64,000 bases of DNA. Origin: Lingula anatina. Its lineage: Eukaryota; Animalia; Brachiopoda. The notes below the pieces were generated by a model that made no database searches, was not told the DNA's origin, and saw only the letters and a program-made list of their open reading frames with translations. The stretch spans positions 21,266,001-21,330,000 of the forward strand of contig CM120642.1 in NCBI GenBank assembly GCA_051362555.1, given 5' to 3'. The translations under genes were made by a program, and so were the position numbers. This document shows, one piece after another, positions 1-11,174 of the stretch. Positions within the stretch are counted from its first letter, which is position 1. Each line of letters starts with the position of its first letter.

Positions 1-512
1 CAGTAAATTGCCTCATATGACTTGCTATTCAAATTCAATAGTAACTGTGGGCGTATCTCTGCCAGTTTTGAAAATAAAAGCATTAAAAATTTGCAAAGTT
101 CAGTTTATGGTGTAAAGTAGGTCAAAGGTCAATTTCAAGGTCACATTTAGATTGCCAGTATATGACTTCCTATTCAAGTTCAATAGTAACTATGGACCTA
201 TCTCTGCCAGTTTTGGAGATAAAAGGGAACCAAAATTTGTAAACTTCATATCATGATGAAAAGTAGGTCAAAGGTCAATTTCAAGGTCACACTTAGATTG
301 CCAGTATATGACTTCCTATTCAAGTTCAATAGTAACTATGGACCTATCTCTGCCAGTTTTGGAGATAAAAGGGAACCAAAATTTGCAAAGTTCAATTCAT
401 GATGAAAAGTAGGTCAAAGGTCAATTTCAAGGTCACACTTAGATTGCCAGTATATGATTTCCTATTCAATTTCAATAGTGACCATGGACCTATCTCTGCC
501 AGTTTTGGAGAT
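1..512 (+). repeat. 146-bp tandem repeat (about 3.5 copies), internal repeat of element family F1; left end outside window
   Basis: AGGTCAAAGGTCAATTTCAAGGTCAC recurs at 119, 265 and 411 (146-bp period), each with ...CAATAGTAACTATGGACCTATCTCTGCCAGTTTTGGAGATA... It is followed by the same tail (513-578) seen at ~1625 and ~2363. Confidence 0.95.
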
Positions 513-789
513 ATTAGGGACTAAATGTTATAATTTTGGAGTTACAACAATGTGCCATAAATTTCGTACAGAAAAAAACTAGAGGATCAGAGAGGCGATA
601 CCGCCTCCAAATATTGTACCACCAGCTGGAGCAAGCACATTCGTATAAACCCCCACATACACAAAATAAGGGACACAGCCACCAGTCTTGTGCTTGACAA
701 GCTGTAAAAAGCAATCAACAAGAATTTTCAAAATATGCAAAAAACATATATGACTAAAAATGGTACAATCAAAGTTAAGTTCATCGTAA

Positions 790-2360
790 GGCAGGTCAAA
801 AGTCAATTTCAAGGTCACAGTAAATTGCCAGTACATGACTTCTTATTCAACTTCAATAGTAACTATGGACCTATCTCTGCCAGTTTTGGAGATAAAAGGG
901 AACCAAAATTTGCAAAGTTCAGTTCATGGTGAAAAATAGGTCAAAGGTCAATTTAAAGGTCACATTTAGATTGCCAGTATATGACTTCATATTCAAGTTC
1001 AATAGAAACTATGGACCTATCTCTGCCAGTTTTGGAGATAAAAGGGAAGCAAAATTTGCAAAGTTCAGTTCATGGTGAAAAGTAGGTCAAAGGTCAATTT
1101 CAAGGTCACATTTAGATTGCCAATTTATGACTTCCTATTCAAGTTCAATAGTAACTATGGACCTATCTCTGCCAGTTTTGGAGATAAAAGGGAAGCAAAA
1201 TTTGCAAAGTTCAGTTCATGGTGAAAAGTAGGTCAAAGGTCAATTTCAAGGTCACAGTAAGATTGCCAGTATATGACTTCCTATTCAACTTCAATAGTAA
1301 CTATGGACCTATCTCTGCCAGTTTCGGAGATAAAAGGGAAGCAAAATTTGCAAAGTTCAGTTCATGGTGAAAAGTAGGTCAAAGGTCAATTTTAAGGTCA
1401 CATTTAGATTGCCAGTATATGACATCCTATTCAACTTCAATAGTAACTATGGACCTATCTCTGCCAGTTTTGGAGATAAAAGGGAACCAAAATTTGCAAA
1501 GTTCAGTTCATGGTGAAAAGTAGGTCAAAGGTCAATTTCAAGGTCACATTGAGATTGCCAGTATATGATTTCCTATTCAACTTCAATAGTAACTATGGAC
1601 CTATCTCTGCCAGTTTTGGAGATATAAGGGACTAAATGTTATAATTTTGGAGTTACCATAATGTGCCATAAATTTCCTACAGAAAAAAATTTATTAAAAT
1701 AAAGAAAAGGTCATTTTGGTCAAAATTCTTGAAATGGGAGGTGCTCTGAAGTTCCAGATGTTCAAATTTGATGAAATAATGTCATTTTTGACCACAAGTT
1801 GTCTGCCTTGCCAAGCCTTATGTTTTATTTTTCCAGAGTTCAAAATTTATTATCCATTACCGTACAGCACATTTTGCTTTCACCACCAATATGTACCTTT
1901 TGATACAGCGTAACTTTGGAGACAAAAGGGAAGCAAAATTTGCAAAGTTCAGTTCATGGTGAAAAGTAGGTCAAAGGTCAATTTTAAGATCACATTTAGA
2001 TTGCCAGTATATGACTTCCTATTCAACTGCAATAGTAACTATGGACCTATCTCTGCCAGTTTTGGAGATAAAAGGGAAGCAAAATTTGCAAAGTTCAGTT
2101 CATGGTGAAAAGTAGGTCAAAGGTCAATTTTAAGGTCACATTTAGATTGCCAGTATATGACATCCTATTCAACTTCAATAGTAACTATGGACCTATCTCT
2201 GCCAGTTTTGGAGATAAAAGGGAACCAAAATTTGCAAAGTTCAGTTCATGGTGAAAAGTAGGTCAAAGGTCAATTTCAAGGTCACATTGAGATTGCCAGT
2301 ATATGACTTCCTATTCAACTTCAATAGTAACTATGGACCTATCTCTGCCAGTTTTGGAGA
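790..2360 (+). repeat. 146-bp tandem repeat, about 9 further copies in two blocks (~790-1622 and ~1913-2360)
   Basis: Same monomer as 1-512, high identity, separated by a ~290-bp tail (1623-1912). Confidence 0.95.
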
Positions 2361-2650
2361 TATAAGGGACTAAATGTTATAATTTTGGAGTTACCATAAT
2401 GTGCCATAAATTTCCTACAGAAAAAAATTTATTAAAATAAAGAAAAGGTCATTTTGGTCAAAATTCTTGAAATGGGAGGTGCTCTGAAGTTCCAGATGTT
2501 CAAATTTGATGAAATAATGTCATTTTTGACCACAAGTTGTCTGCTTTGCCAAGCCTTGTGTTTTATTTTTCCGGAGTTCAAAATTTATTATCCATTACCG
2601 TACTGCACATTTTGCTTTCACCACCAATATGAACTTTTTGATACAGCGTA
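1175..2650 (+). repeat. 738-bp tandem duplication (three 146-bp monomers plus tail)
   Basis: Near-identical ORFs at 1716 and 2454 are 738 bp apart. At ~1913 the tail (...GATACAGCGTAACT) jumps back into a monomer (TTGGAGACAAAAGGG), whereas at ~2650 it continues into new sequence. Confidence 0.9.
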
Positions 2651-2933
2651 ACTCGAAAACCGCATGGAATACAAAAAAAACGGAGACCACTTCCAGTGTT
2701 GGGCTTTACATGCTCTACAAAATGCAAAAAAGAATGGGTCTCTAGCATTAACGGTTCCCGAATTAGAGACAGTTTTCAGTTTCGGTATCTTATGGCCGCT
2801 ACTCCCGTGAAAATGCACCGATTGACCCCAAATTCACGGGGAGGAAAGGGTAACACTTTCCAATAATATTATTGGTTAAGTCTGTGTGGTGTCTGAATAA
2901 CAGGGGAAATAATTTTTTTTTCGTAAAAAAATT

Positions 2934-5150
2934 CATTTTTATGTACAGACACATATTGCCATCACCTGCGTCTGTCGTCGCCGATGCCGATGCTGATGCC
3001 GATGCCGTCGCCGTGCACTTTCCTTGTAAACACGATAAGTGGAGGGCAGTTTTACTTTTTGGCTTTATATTTACAGAGCTGGTGAATATTCATAAAACGC
3101 AGGTCAAGTTCGAAAATCAGGATGATCGGGCCATTATTGTAGAAGTTATGCTGTTTTTTCACTTTTCAGCATATTTTTCACATTTCCTCAGATTCAATTC
3201 TTAGGCATGTTAACAGTCTCATTATTAAACTAATAAGATACGTAAAAGTTTTTGTTTGACATTTCCTGCATCTTTACAACATTGTTAGTTGATTTTGTAA
3301 AAATGATGGCAAACTTGTTATCGTGTATTGTGTAATAAAGTTTCAAAAATGGAAATAAACTCATATCATTGCAGTTTGTCAGATTCAATCATTCACTATG
3401 TTCAGAATCTCAGAATGGAAGAAATTGGACATTTAACACTGCTTTATTGATATTTTTCCCATCTCATCAATTTTCTAAGTTGATCATATAAAAATGGCAG
3501 TAAACTGTTAATTTTGTTTTATGTTAAAAATTGTTAAAAATGGGGAAAAAAAACATTTCAGAACAGTGCTGTCTTATTTACATTTTGGCATTTTCAAGTT
3601 GTGACTTTGAAGTTCCATGGGCCTGAAGACCTTTGCTAGTCACATTTTCTGAATATCCATGATACTAATATTTTATTATTAAAAATTGATGGTCATTATG
3701 CTGTTAAACATTATGTAATATTGCATCAAAATTTGAAAAAAACCTACTTTGGGCACTGCTCCCATGATGACCATTTAAGAAAAAACATGTCACTTACTGT
3801 TCTCAAACAGTACAGTAAATATATATATAGATGTGTCTGTACATATTGCCATCACCTGCGTCTGTCGTCGCCGTCATCGCCGGCGCCGGCGCCGTGCACT
3901 TTCATTGTAAACACGATAAGTGGAAGGCAGTTTTACTTTTTGGCTTAACATTTACAGAGCTGATGAATATTCATAAAACGCAGGTCAAGTTTGAAAATCA
4001 GCATGATCGGGCCATTATTGTAGAAGTTATGCTGTTTTTTCACTTTTCAGCATATATGCAACACTGTAAACACATTCCAAGGAAAAGCGATAGGCCTGTT
4101 GTCGTGAAACTCACAGGAGTAATCTATCTTACTAAAACGCAGGTCAAGTTCGAAAATCAGCATGATCAGGTTACTATTTTAGTAGTTATGCTTTTTTTTT
4201 CACTTTTCAGCATATATGCAACACTGTAAACACAATATACGAAAAACAGATAGGCCAATTGTCATTAAACTCACAGGAGTGGTCAATCCTGCTAAAACGC
4301 AGGTTGAGTTAAAAAATCAGCATAATCGGGCCATTATTTTAGAAGTTATGTTGTTTTTACACATTTCCTCAGATTCAATTCTTAGGCATGTTAACAGTTT
4401 CATTATTTAATTAATAAGATATTAAAAGTGTTTGTTTGACATTTCCTGCATCTTTATAACATTGTTAGTTTATTTTGTAAAAATGAGGGTTAATTTGTTA
4501 TCGTGTATTGTGTAATAAAGTTTCAAAAGTGCAAATAAACTCATATCATTGCAGTTTGTCAGATTCAATCATTCACTATGTTCAGAATCTCAGAATGGAA
4601 GAAATTGGACATTTAACACTGCTCTATTGAAAAACCATGTCACTTACTGTTCTCAAACAGTACAGTAAATATGTACAGATGTGTCAAAAATGTGTCTGTA
4701 CATATTGCCATCACCTGCGTCTGTCTTTGCCGTCAGCGCCGTCACTTTTCAGCATATTTCACATATTGGCATTTTCAAGGTGTGACTTTGAAGTTCTACA
4801 TGCTTGAAGACCCATGCTAGTCACATTTTCTGAAAATCCATGATACGTATATTTTATTATTAAAAATTGACGGTCATTATGCTGTTAACCAATATGTAAT
4901 ATTGCATCAGAATAGAAGAAAACAATTATGGGTGCTGCTGCCATGATGACCATTATGGGAAAACCATGTTACTTATGATTGCCAAATGTTCAAAAAAGAA
5001 ATGCAGGACTAAAATGCAGCCGGGGTTGGAAAAGTAGTCTAATTGGCTTCTTTTTCTGGAAGTTATACATTTTCAAAGTGTGAACTTGAACTCCCATGGG
5101 CCTGAAGCTTTATGCTTGTTACACGTTTTACTTACATTGGTATTACCTGT
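2934..5150 (-). mobile_element. Family F2 HINE-like element, three head-to-tail rearranged units in reverse orientation
   Basis: Terminal motif ACATATTGCCATCACCTGCGTCTGTC plus GCC/GAT-rich microsatellite recurs at ~2950, ~3840 and ~4700. It is the reverse complement of the hairpin end at 7245-7280. The right boundary is approximate. Confidence 0.6.
3900..4365 (+). repeat. 160-bp internal tandem repeat of F2 (about 3 diverged copies; mirrored at ~5835-6300)
   Basis: CACTTTTCAGCATATATGCAACACTGTAAACAC at 4041 and 4201; AAAACGCAGGTCAAGTT-like motif recurs three times. Confidence 0.9.
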
Positions 5151-5603
5151 TGAGCATAATTAAAATTTGATGTTGAATTTGCAGTTTAACATAATGTACT
5201 TTTGCATCAGAATTGACGGTAGCCTATTTTGTGCATAGTTATTTCCTGCTTTTTGTCTGTACATTTGACAGCTTTGCTGCCTTGTTTTGAAAATTTTGGC
5301 CCGTTTGACCTTGAAATAAAGGTCAAAGGTCAAATCCAAGGGCATATTTGAAATCTACACATAGGACTTTTGGAAAGCCGTCTGTAGAAAATTTTCCCAT
5401 AATTCCTTCCATAGGGTAGATAATTAGCATTTAATTTTGACATTTTTAGACAAGGGTGCATTGCAATGAGTGCCACACCTAGACCCCAAAACCGACAAAG
5501 CCCAAATTTTACGTGGAACGAGATGAGATTATAGGTGACCTAAATCCAAGAGATGGGTACGGGGGCCCTTACCGTCTAGGAGGAGAAGCGGTAACGGTGA
5601 CTT

Positions 5604-5649
5604 GGCGGCGGAGCCGCAGGAGCCGGCGGAGCCGGCGGAGCCGGCGGAA
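5604..5649 (+). repeat. GC-rich 9-bp microsatellite (GCGGAGCCG)x~4
   Basis: GGCGGCGGAGCCGCAGGAGCCGGCGGAGCCGGCGGAGCCGGCGGAA read directly. Confidence 0.95.
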
Positions 5650-5675
5650 CATACGGGTCGGGACTAAAACCATGA

Positions 5676-5706
5676 GTACCGCCAGCGCCTACGCTGGTGG
5701 TACAAT
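5676..5706 (+). other. 3' terminal hairpin of F1
   Basis: GTACCGCCAGCG-CCTA-CGCTGGTGGTAC, 12-bp stem with one G.T pair, followed by AAT and an abrupt switch to F2 sequence. Confidence 0.8.
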
Positions 5707-7280
5707 TAACCATCATTATTACAAAATCAACTAACAATGTTGTAAAGATGCAGGAAATGTCAAACAAACACTTTTAATATCTTATTAATTAAATAATGAA
5801 ACTGTTAACATGCCTAAGAATTGAATCTGAGAAAATGTAAAAAAACAACATAACTTCTAAAACAATGGCCCGATTATGCTGTTCTTTTAACTCAACCTGC
5901 GTTTTAGAAGGATTGACCACTCCTGTGAGTTTAATGACAATTGGCCTATCTGTTTTTCTCATATTGTGTTTACAGTGTTGCATATATGCTGAGAAGTGAA
6001 AAAAAAGCATAACTACTAAAATAGTGGCCTGATCATGCCGATTTTCTAACTTGACCTGCATTTTAGTAAGATAGATTACTCCTGTGAGTTTCATGACAAC
6101 AGGCCTATCAGTTTTCCTTGGAATATGTTTACAGTGTTGCATATATGCTGGAAAGTGAAAAATAAAGCATAACTTCTACAATAATGACCCGATCATGCTG
6201 ATTTTCGAACTTGACCTGCGTTTTATGAATATTCATCAGCTCTTGAAATATAAAGCCAAAAAGTAAAGCTGCCTACCACTTATTGTGTTTACAATGAAAG
6301 TGCACGGCGCCAGCGACGGCGATGACGGGGACGACAGACACTGTGATGGCAATATGTACAGACACATCTATATATATTTACTGTACTGTTTGAGAACAGT
6401 AAGTGACATGGATTTTCTTAAATGGTCATCATGGGAGCAGTGCCCAAAATAAGTTTTTTTCAAATTGTGATACAATATTACATAATGTTTAACAGCATAA
6501 TGACCATCAATTTTTAATAATAAAATATTAGTATCATGGATATTCAGAAAATGTGACTAGCAAAGGTCTTCAGGCCAATGGAGCTTCAAAGTCACTACTT
6601 GAAAATGCCAAAATATAAACAAGACAGCACTGTTCTGAAATGTTTTTTTCTTTTTTCCATTTTTAACAATTTTTAACATAAAACAAAATTAACAGTTTAC
6701 TGCCGTTTTTATATGATCAACTAAGAAAATTGATGAGATGGGAAAAATATCAATAGAGCAGTGTTAAATGTCCAATTTCTTCCATTCTGAGATTCTGAAC
6801 ATAGTGAATGATTGAATCTGACAAACTGCAATGATATGAGTTTATTTCCATTTTTGAAACTTTATTACACAATACACGATAACAAGTTTACCATCATTTT
6901 TACAAAATCAACTAACAATGTTGTAAAGATGCAGGAAATGTCAAACAAAAACCTTTACGTATCTTATTAGTTTAATAATGAGACTGTTAACATGCCTAAG
7001 AATTGAATCTGAGGAAATGTGAAAAATATGCTGAAAAGTGAAAAAACAGCATAACTTCTACAATAATGGCCCGATCATGCTGATTTTCGAACTTGACCTG
7101 CGTTTTATAAATATTCATCAGCTATGTAAATATAAAGCCAAAAAGTAAAACTGCCCTCCACTTGTCGTGTTTACAAGGAAAGTGCACGGCGCCGGCATCG
7201 GCATCGGCATCGCCATCGGCGACGACAGACGCAGGTGATGGCAATATGTACAGACACATCTGTGTCTGTACATAAAAATG
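5705..7280 (+). mobile_element. Family F2 HINE-like element, forward orientation, 5'-interrupted; inverted copy of 2934-4495
   Basis: Colinear reverse complement of 2934-4495 (ORF 5789-6142 on minus mirrors ORFs 3831-4410 on plus). Ends with a (GGCATC)n microsatellite, a perfect hairpin and an A-run. Confidence 0.7.
7245..7274 (+). other. 3' terminal hairpin of F2
   Basis: TATGTACAGACACA-TC-TGTGTCTGTACATA, perfect 14-bp stem. Confidence 0.9.
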
Positions 7281-7969
7281 CCAAATTCGATAACTTAAAA
7301 TAGTTAAACATTAATAATGTTGGCAAATCTACTCCAATATTTGTGAAATTTGTACAAATCATGCTTAACATCTAAAAAATCTGTGAAAAGCACAGTTGAC
7401 AATGTCAAATGAAAAAGATTTTTTCAGAACATATATTTTTGAGAAAACTGAAAATGACATTGAAAAGACTGCCAAATTCCATGACTTAAAATAGTTAAAC
7501 ATTAATAATTTTGACAAATCTGGTCCAATCTTTGTGAAATTTGTACAAATGATGCATTACAACAATAATAACCTCATCAGTTGACTGGGTCCAATGAAGA
7601 AGATTTTTTCAGACAATATAATTGAGAAAAATGAATATTACATTAAAAAGACTGGCAATTTTCATGGAATAAAATAGTTAAATGTTAATAGTTTTGAAAA
7701 ATCTAGTCCAATATTTTTGAAATTTGTACAAATGATGCTTAAAATCAATAAAAATCTCTGAAAAACTCATCAGTTGACTGTGTCTAATGAAAAAGATTTT
7801 TAAGATCATATTAATTGGAGAAAACTAAAAATTACATTGAAAAGACTGCCAAATTCCATGGTCTAAAATAGTTAAACGTTCAAAATTTTGACAAGTCTTG
7901 TCCAATATTTGTGGAATTTGATGCTTAACAATAACAAAAATCTATGATAAGCTTAACAGTTGACAGTGT

Positions 7970-8130
7970 GTAATAAAATTGTAGTTGTTTGGTATTTTGT
8001 ATGTGAAGGGTGAGAATTATATGTTGTCTTTTGCTGTCTGTTTTTTCTATAGGAATTAGCCCTGACCAGACAGGAAGAATCAGTTCACCAAAAAAGCCAT
8101 CCCGCTGTATGGAAAAGGTCACCTGAAAAA
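7970..8130. repeat. Short diverged cassette variant lacking the ~285-bp middle module
   Basis: GTGAGAATTAT is joined almost directly to TGTTGTCTTTTGCTGTCTG at ~8020. In full cassettes these are ~285 bp apart. Confidence 0.9.
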
Positions 8131-11100
8131 AGAACAATATAATTGTAAAAAGTGAAAATTAAATTCTAAAAATTGTCAAATGTCCCACACTAAAATAGTT
8201 GACCAATAATTTTGATAAACTTAACCTAAACAGATGACTGTGTGTAATAAAAAGGATATTTTCAGAACATATAAATTTGAGAAAAACTGAAAATAACATT
8301 GAAAAGACTGCCAAATGCGGTGCCTTAAGATAGTTAAATGTTAATAATTTTCACAAATCTTGTCCAATATTTGTGAAATTTGGAGAGATGATGCATAACA
8401 ACAAAAAAAATCTGTGATAAGCTCATCAGTTGACTGTGTCTCATGAAAAACATTTTTCAAAGCATATAAATGTGAGAAAACTGAAAATGACATTGAAAAG
8501 ACTGCAAAATGCGGTGCCTTAAAATAGTTAAACGTTAATAATTTTCACAAATCTTGTCTAATATTTGTGAAATTTGGACAGATGATGGATAACAACAATA
8601 AAAATCTGTGATAAGCTCATCAGTTGACTGTGTCTCATGAAAAACATTTTTCAGAGCATATAAATGTGAGAAAACTGAAAATGACACTGAAAAGACTACC
8701 AAATTCCATGGTATAAAATAGTTAAACGTTAATATTTTTCACAAATCTTGTCTAATATTTGTGAAATTTGGACAGATGATGCATAACAACAATAAAAATC
8801 TGTGATAAGCTCATCAGTTGACTGTGTCTCATGAAAAACATTTTTCAGAGCATATAAATGTGAGAAAACTGAAAATGACACTGAAAAGACTACCAAATTC
8901 CATGGTATAAAATAGTTATACGTTAATATTTTTCACAAATCTTGTCCAATATTTGTGGAAATTGGAGAGATGATGCTTAAAAATAATAAAAATCTGTGAT
9001 AAGGTCATCAGTTGACTGTGTCTCATGAAAAACATTTTTCAGAGCATATAAATGTGAGAAAACTGAAAATGACATTGCAAAGACTGCAAAATTCTATGGC
9101 TTAAAATAGTTAAACGTTAATAATTTTCACAAATATAGTCTAATATTTGTGAAATTTGGATAGATGATGCATAACAACAATAAAAATCTGTGATAAGCTC
9201 ATCAGTTGACTGTGTCTCATGAATAAGATTTTTTTGGACAATAAATTTGAGAAAACTGAAAATAACACTGAAACGAATGCCAAATTCAATGGCTTAAAAT
9301 AGTTAAACGTTAATAATTTTCACAAATCTTGTCTAATGTTTGTGAAATTTGGAAAGATGATGCATAACAACAATAAAAATCTGTGATAAGCTCATCAGTT
9401 GACTGTGTCTCAAAAAGATTTTTCACAAATCTTGTCTAATATTTGTGAAATTTGGATAGATGATGCATAACAACAATATAAATCTGTGATAAGCTCATCA
9501 GTTGACTGTGTCTCATTAAAAAGATTTTTTTTTTGGACAATAAAATTGAGAAAATTGAAAATGAAACTGAAAAGACTACAAAATGCGGTGCCTTAAAATA
9601 GTTAAATGTTAATAATTTTCACAAAACTTGTTCAATATTTGTGAAATTTGGAGAGATGATGCTTAACAATAACAAAAATCTGTGATAAGCTTAACAGTTG
9701 ACGGTGTGTGATAAACGTTAGTTAAACGTAGTTAAACGTTAATAATTTTCACAAATCTTGTCTAATATTTGTGAAATTTGGATAGATGATGCATAATAAC
9801 AATAAAAATCTGTAATAAGCTCATCAGTTGACTGTGTCTCGTGAAAAAGGTTTTTTTTGGACAAAAAATTTGAAAAAAATGACAATAAAACTGAAACCAC
9901 TGCCAAATTCCATGGCTTAAAATAGTTTAACGTTAATAATTTTCACAAATATTCTCTAATATTTGTGAAATTTGGACAAGATTTTGCATAACAACAATAA
10001 AAATCTGTGATAAGCTCATCAGTTGAATGTGTCTCGTGAAAAAGAATTTTCAGAGCATATAAATGTGAAAAAACTGAAAATGACATTGAAAAGACTGCCA
10101 AATTCCATGGCTTAAAATAGTTAAACGTTAATAATTTTCACAAATCTTGTCTAACATTTGTGAAATTTGGATAGATGATGCATAACAACAATAAAAATCT
10201 GTGATAAGCTCATCAGTTGACTGTGTCTCGTGAAAAAGATTTTTTTTGGACAATAAATTTGAGAAAACTGACAATAACACTGAAACGACTGCCAAATTCC
10301 ATGGCTTAAAATAGCTTAACGTTAATAATTTTCACAAATATTGTCTAATATTTGTGAAATTTGGACAAGATTTTGCATAACAACAATAAAAATCTGTGAT
10401 AAGCTCATCAGTTGAATGTGTCTTATGAAAAAGAATTTTCAGAGCATATAAATTTGAGAAAACTGAAAATGACATTGAAAAGACTGTAAAATGTGGTGCC
10501 TTAAAATAGTTAAAAGTTAATAATTTTCACAAATCTTGTTCGATATTTGTGAAATTTGGAAAGATGATGCATAACAATAATAAAAATCTGTGATAAGCTC
10601 ATCAGTTGACTGTCTCTCATGAAAAAGATTTTTTTTGGACAATAAACTTGAGAAAACAGAAAATGACATTGAAAAGACTGCAAAATGCGGTGCCTTGAAA
10701 AGTTAAACGTTAATAATTTTCACAAATCTTGTTCAAGATTTGTGAAATTTAGACAGATGATGCATAACAATAATAAAAATCTGTGATAAGCTCATCAGTT
10801 GACTGTGTCTCATGAAAAACATTTTTCAGAGCATATAAATGTGAGAAAACTGAAAATGACATTGAAAAGACTGCCAAATTCCATGGCTTAAAATAGTTAA
10901 ACTTTAATAATTTTCACAAATCTTGTCTAATATTTGTGAAATTTGGATAGATGATGCATAAAAACAATAAAAATCTGTGATAAGCTCATCAGTTGACTGT
11001 GTCTCATGAAAAAGAATTTTCAGAGCATATAAATGTGAAAAAACTAAAAATGACATTGCAAAGACTAGTTAAACGTTAATAACTTTCACAAAACTTGTTC

Positions 11101-11174
11101 AATATTTGTGAAATTTGGAGAGATGATGCTTAACAATAACAAAAATCTGTGATAAGCTTAATAGTTGACAGTGT

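Larger units (their letters stand above)
578..5706 (+). mobile_element. Non-autonomous Helentron-associated (HINE/DINE-1-like) element, family F1, carrying nested F2 sequence
   Basis: Starts ACTAGAGG in an A-run, with a small hairpin GAGGCG..CGCCTC (592-607). ATTGTACCACCAGC (613-626) is the exact reverse complement of GCTGGTGGTACAAT (5693-5706). The 3' end is a (GCGGAGCCG)n microsatellite followed by a terminal hairpin. It has internal tandem repeats and no transposase ORF. Family assignment rests on architecture only, and it is inferred that both ends belong to one copy. Confidence 0.55.

Noticed and set aside
514-7371. Short ORFs in the F1/F2 region, including the Arg-rich 5513-5734 and Pro/Ala-rich 5576-5767
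   Set aside because: They are by-products of tandem repeats and microsatellites, with no Rep, helicase, transposase or RT motifs.
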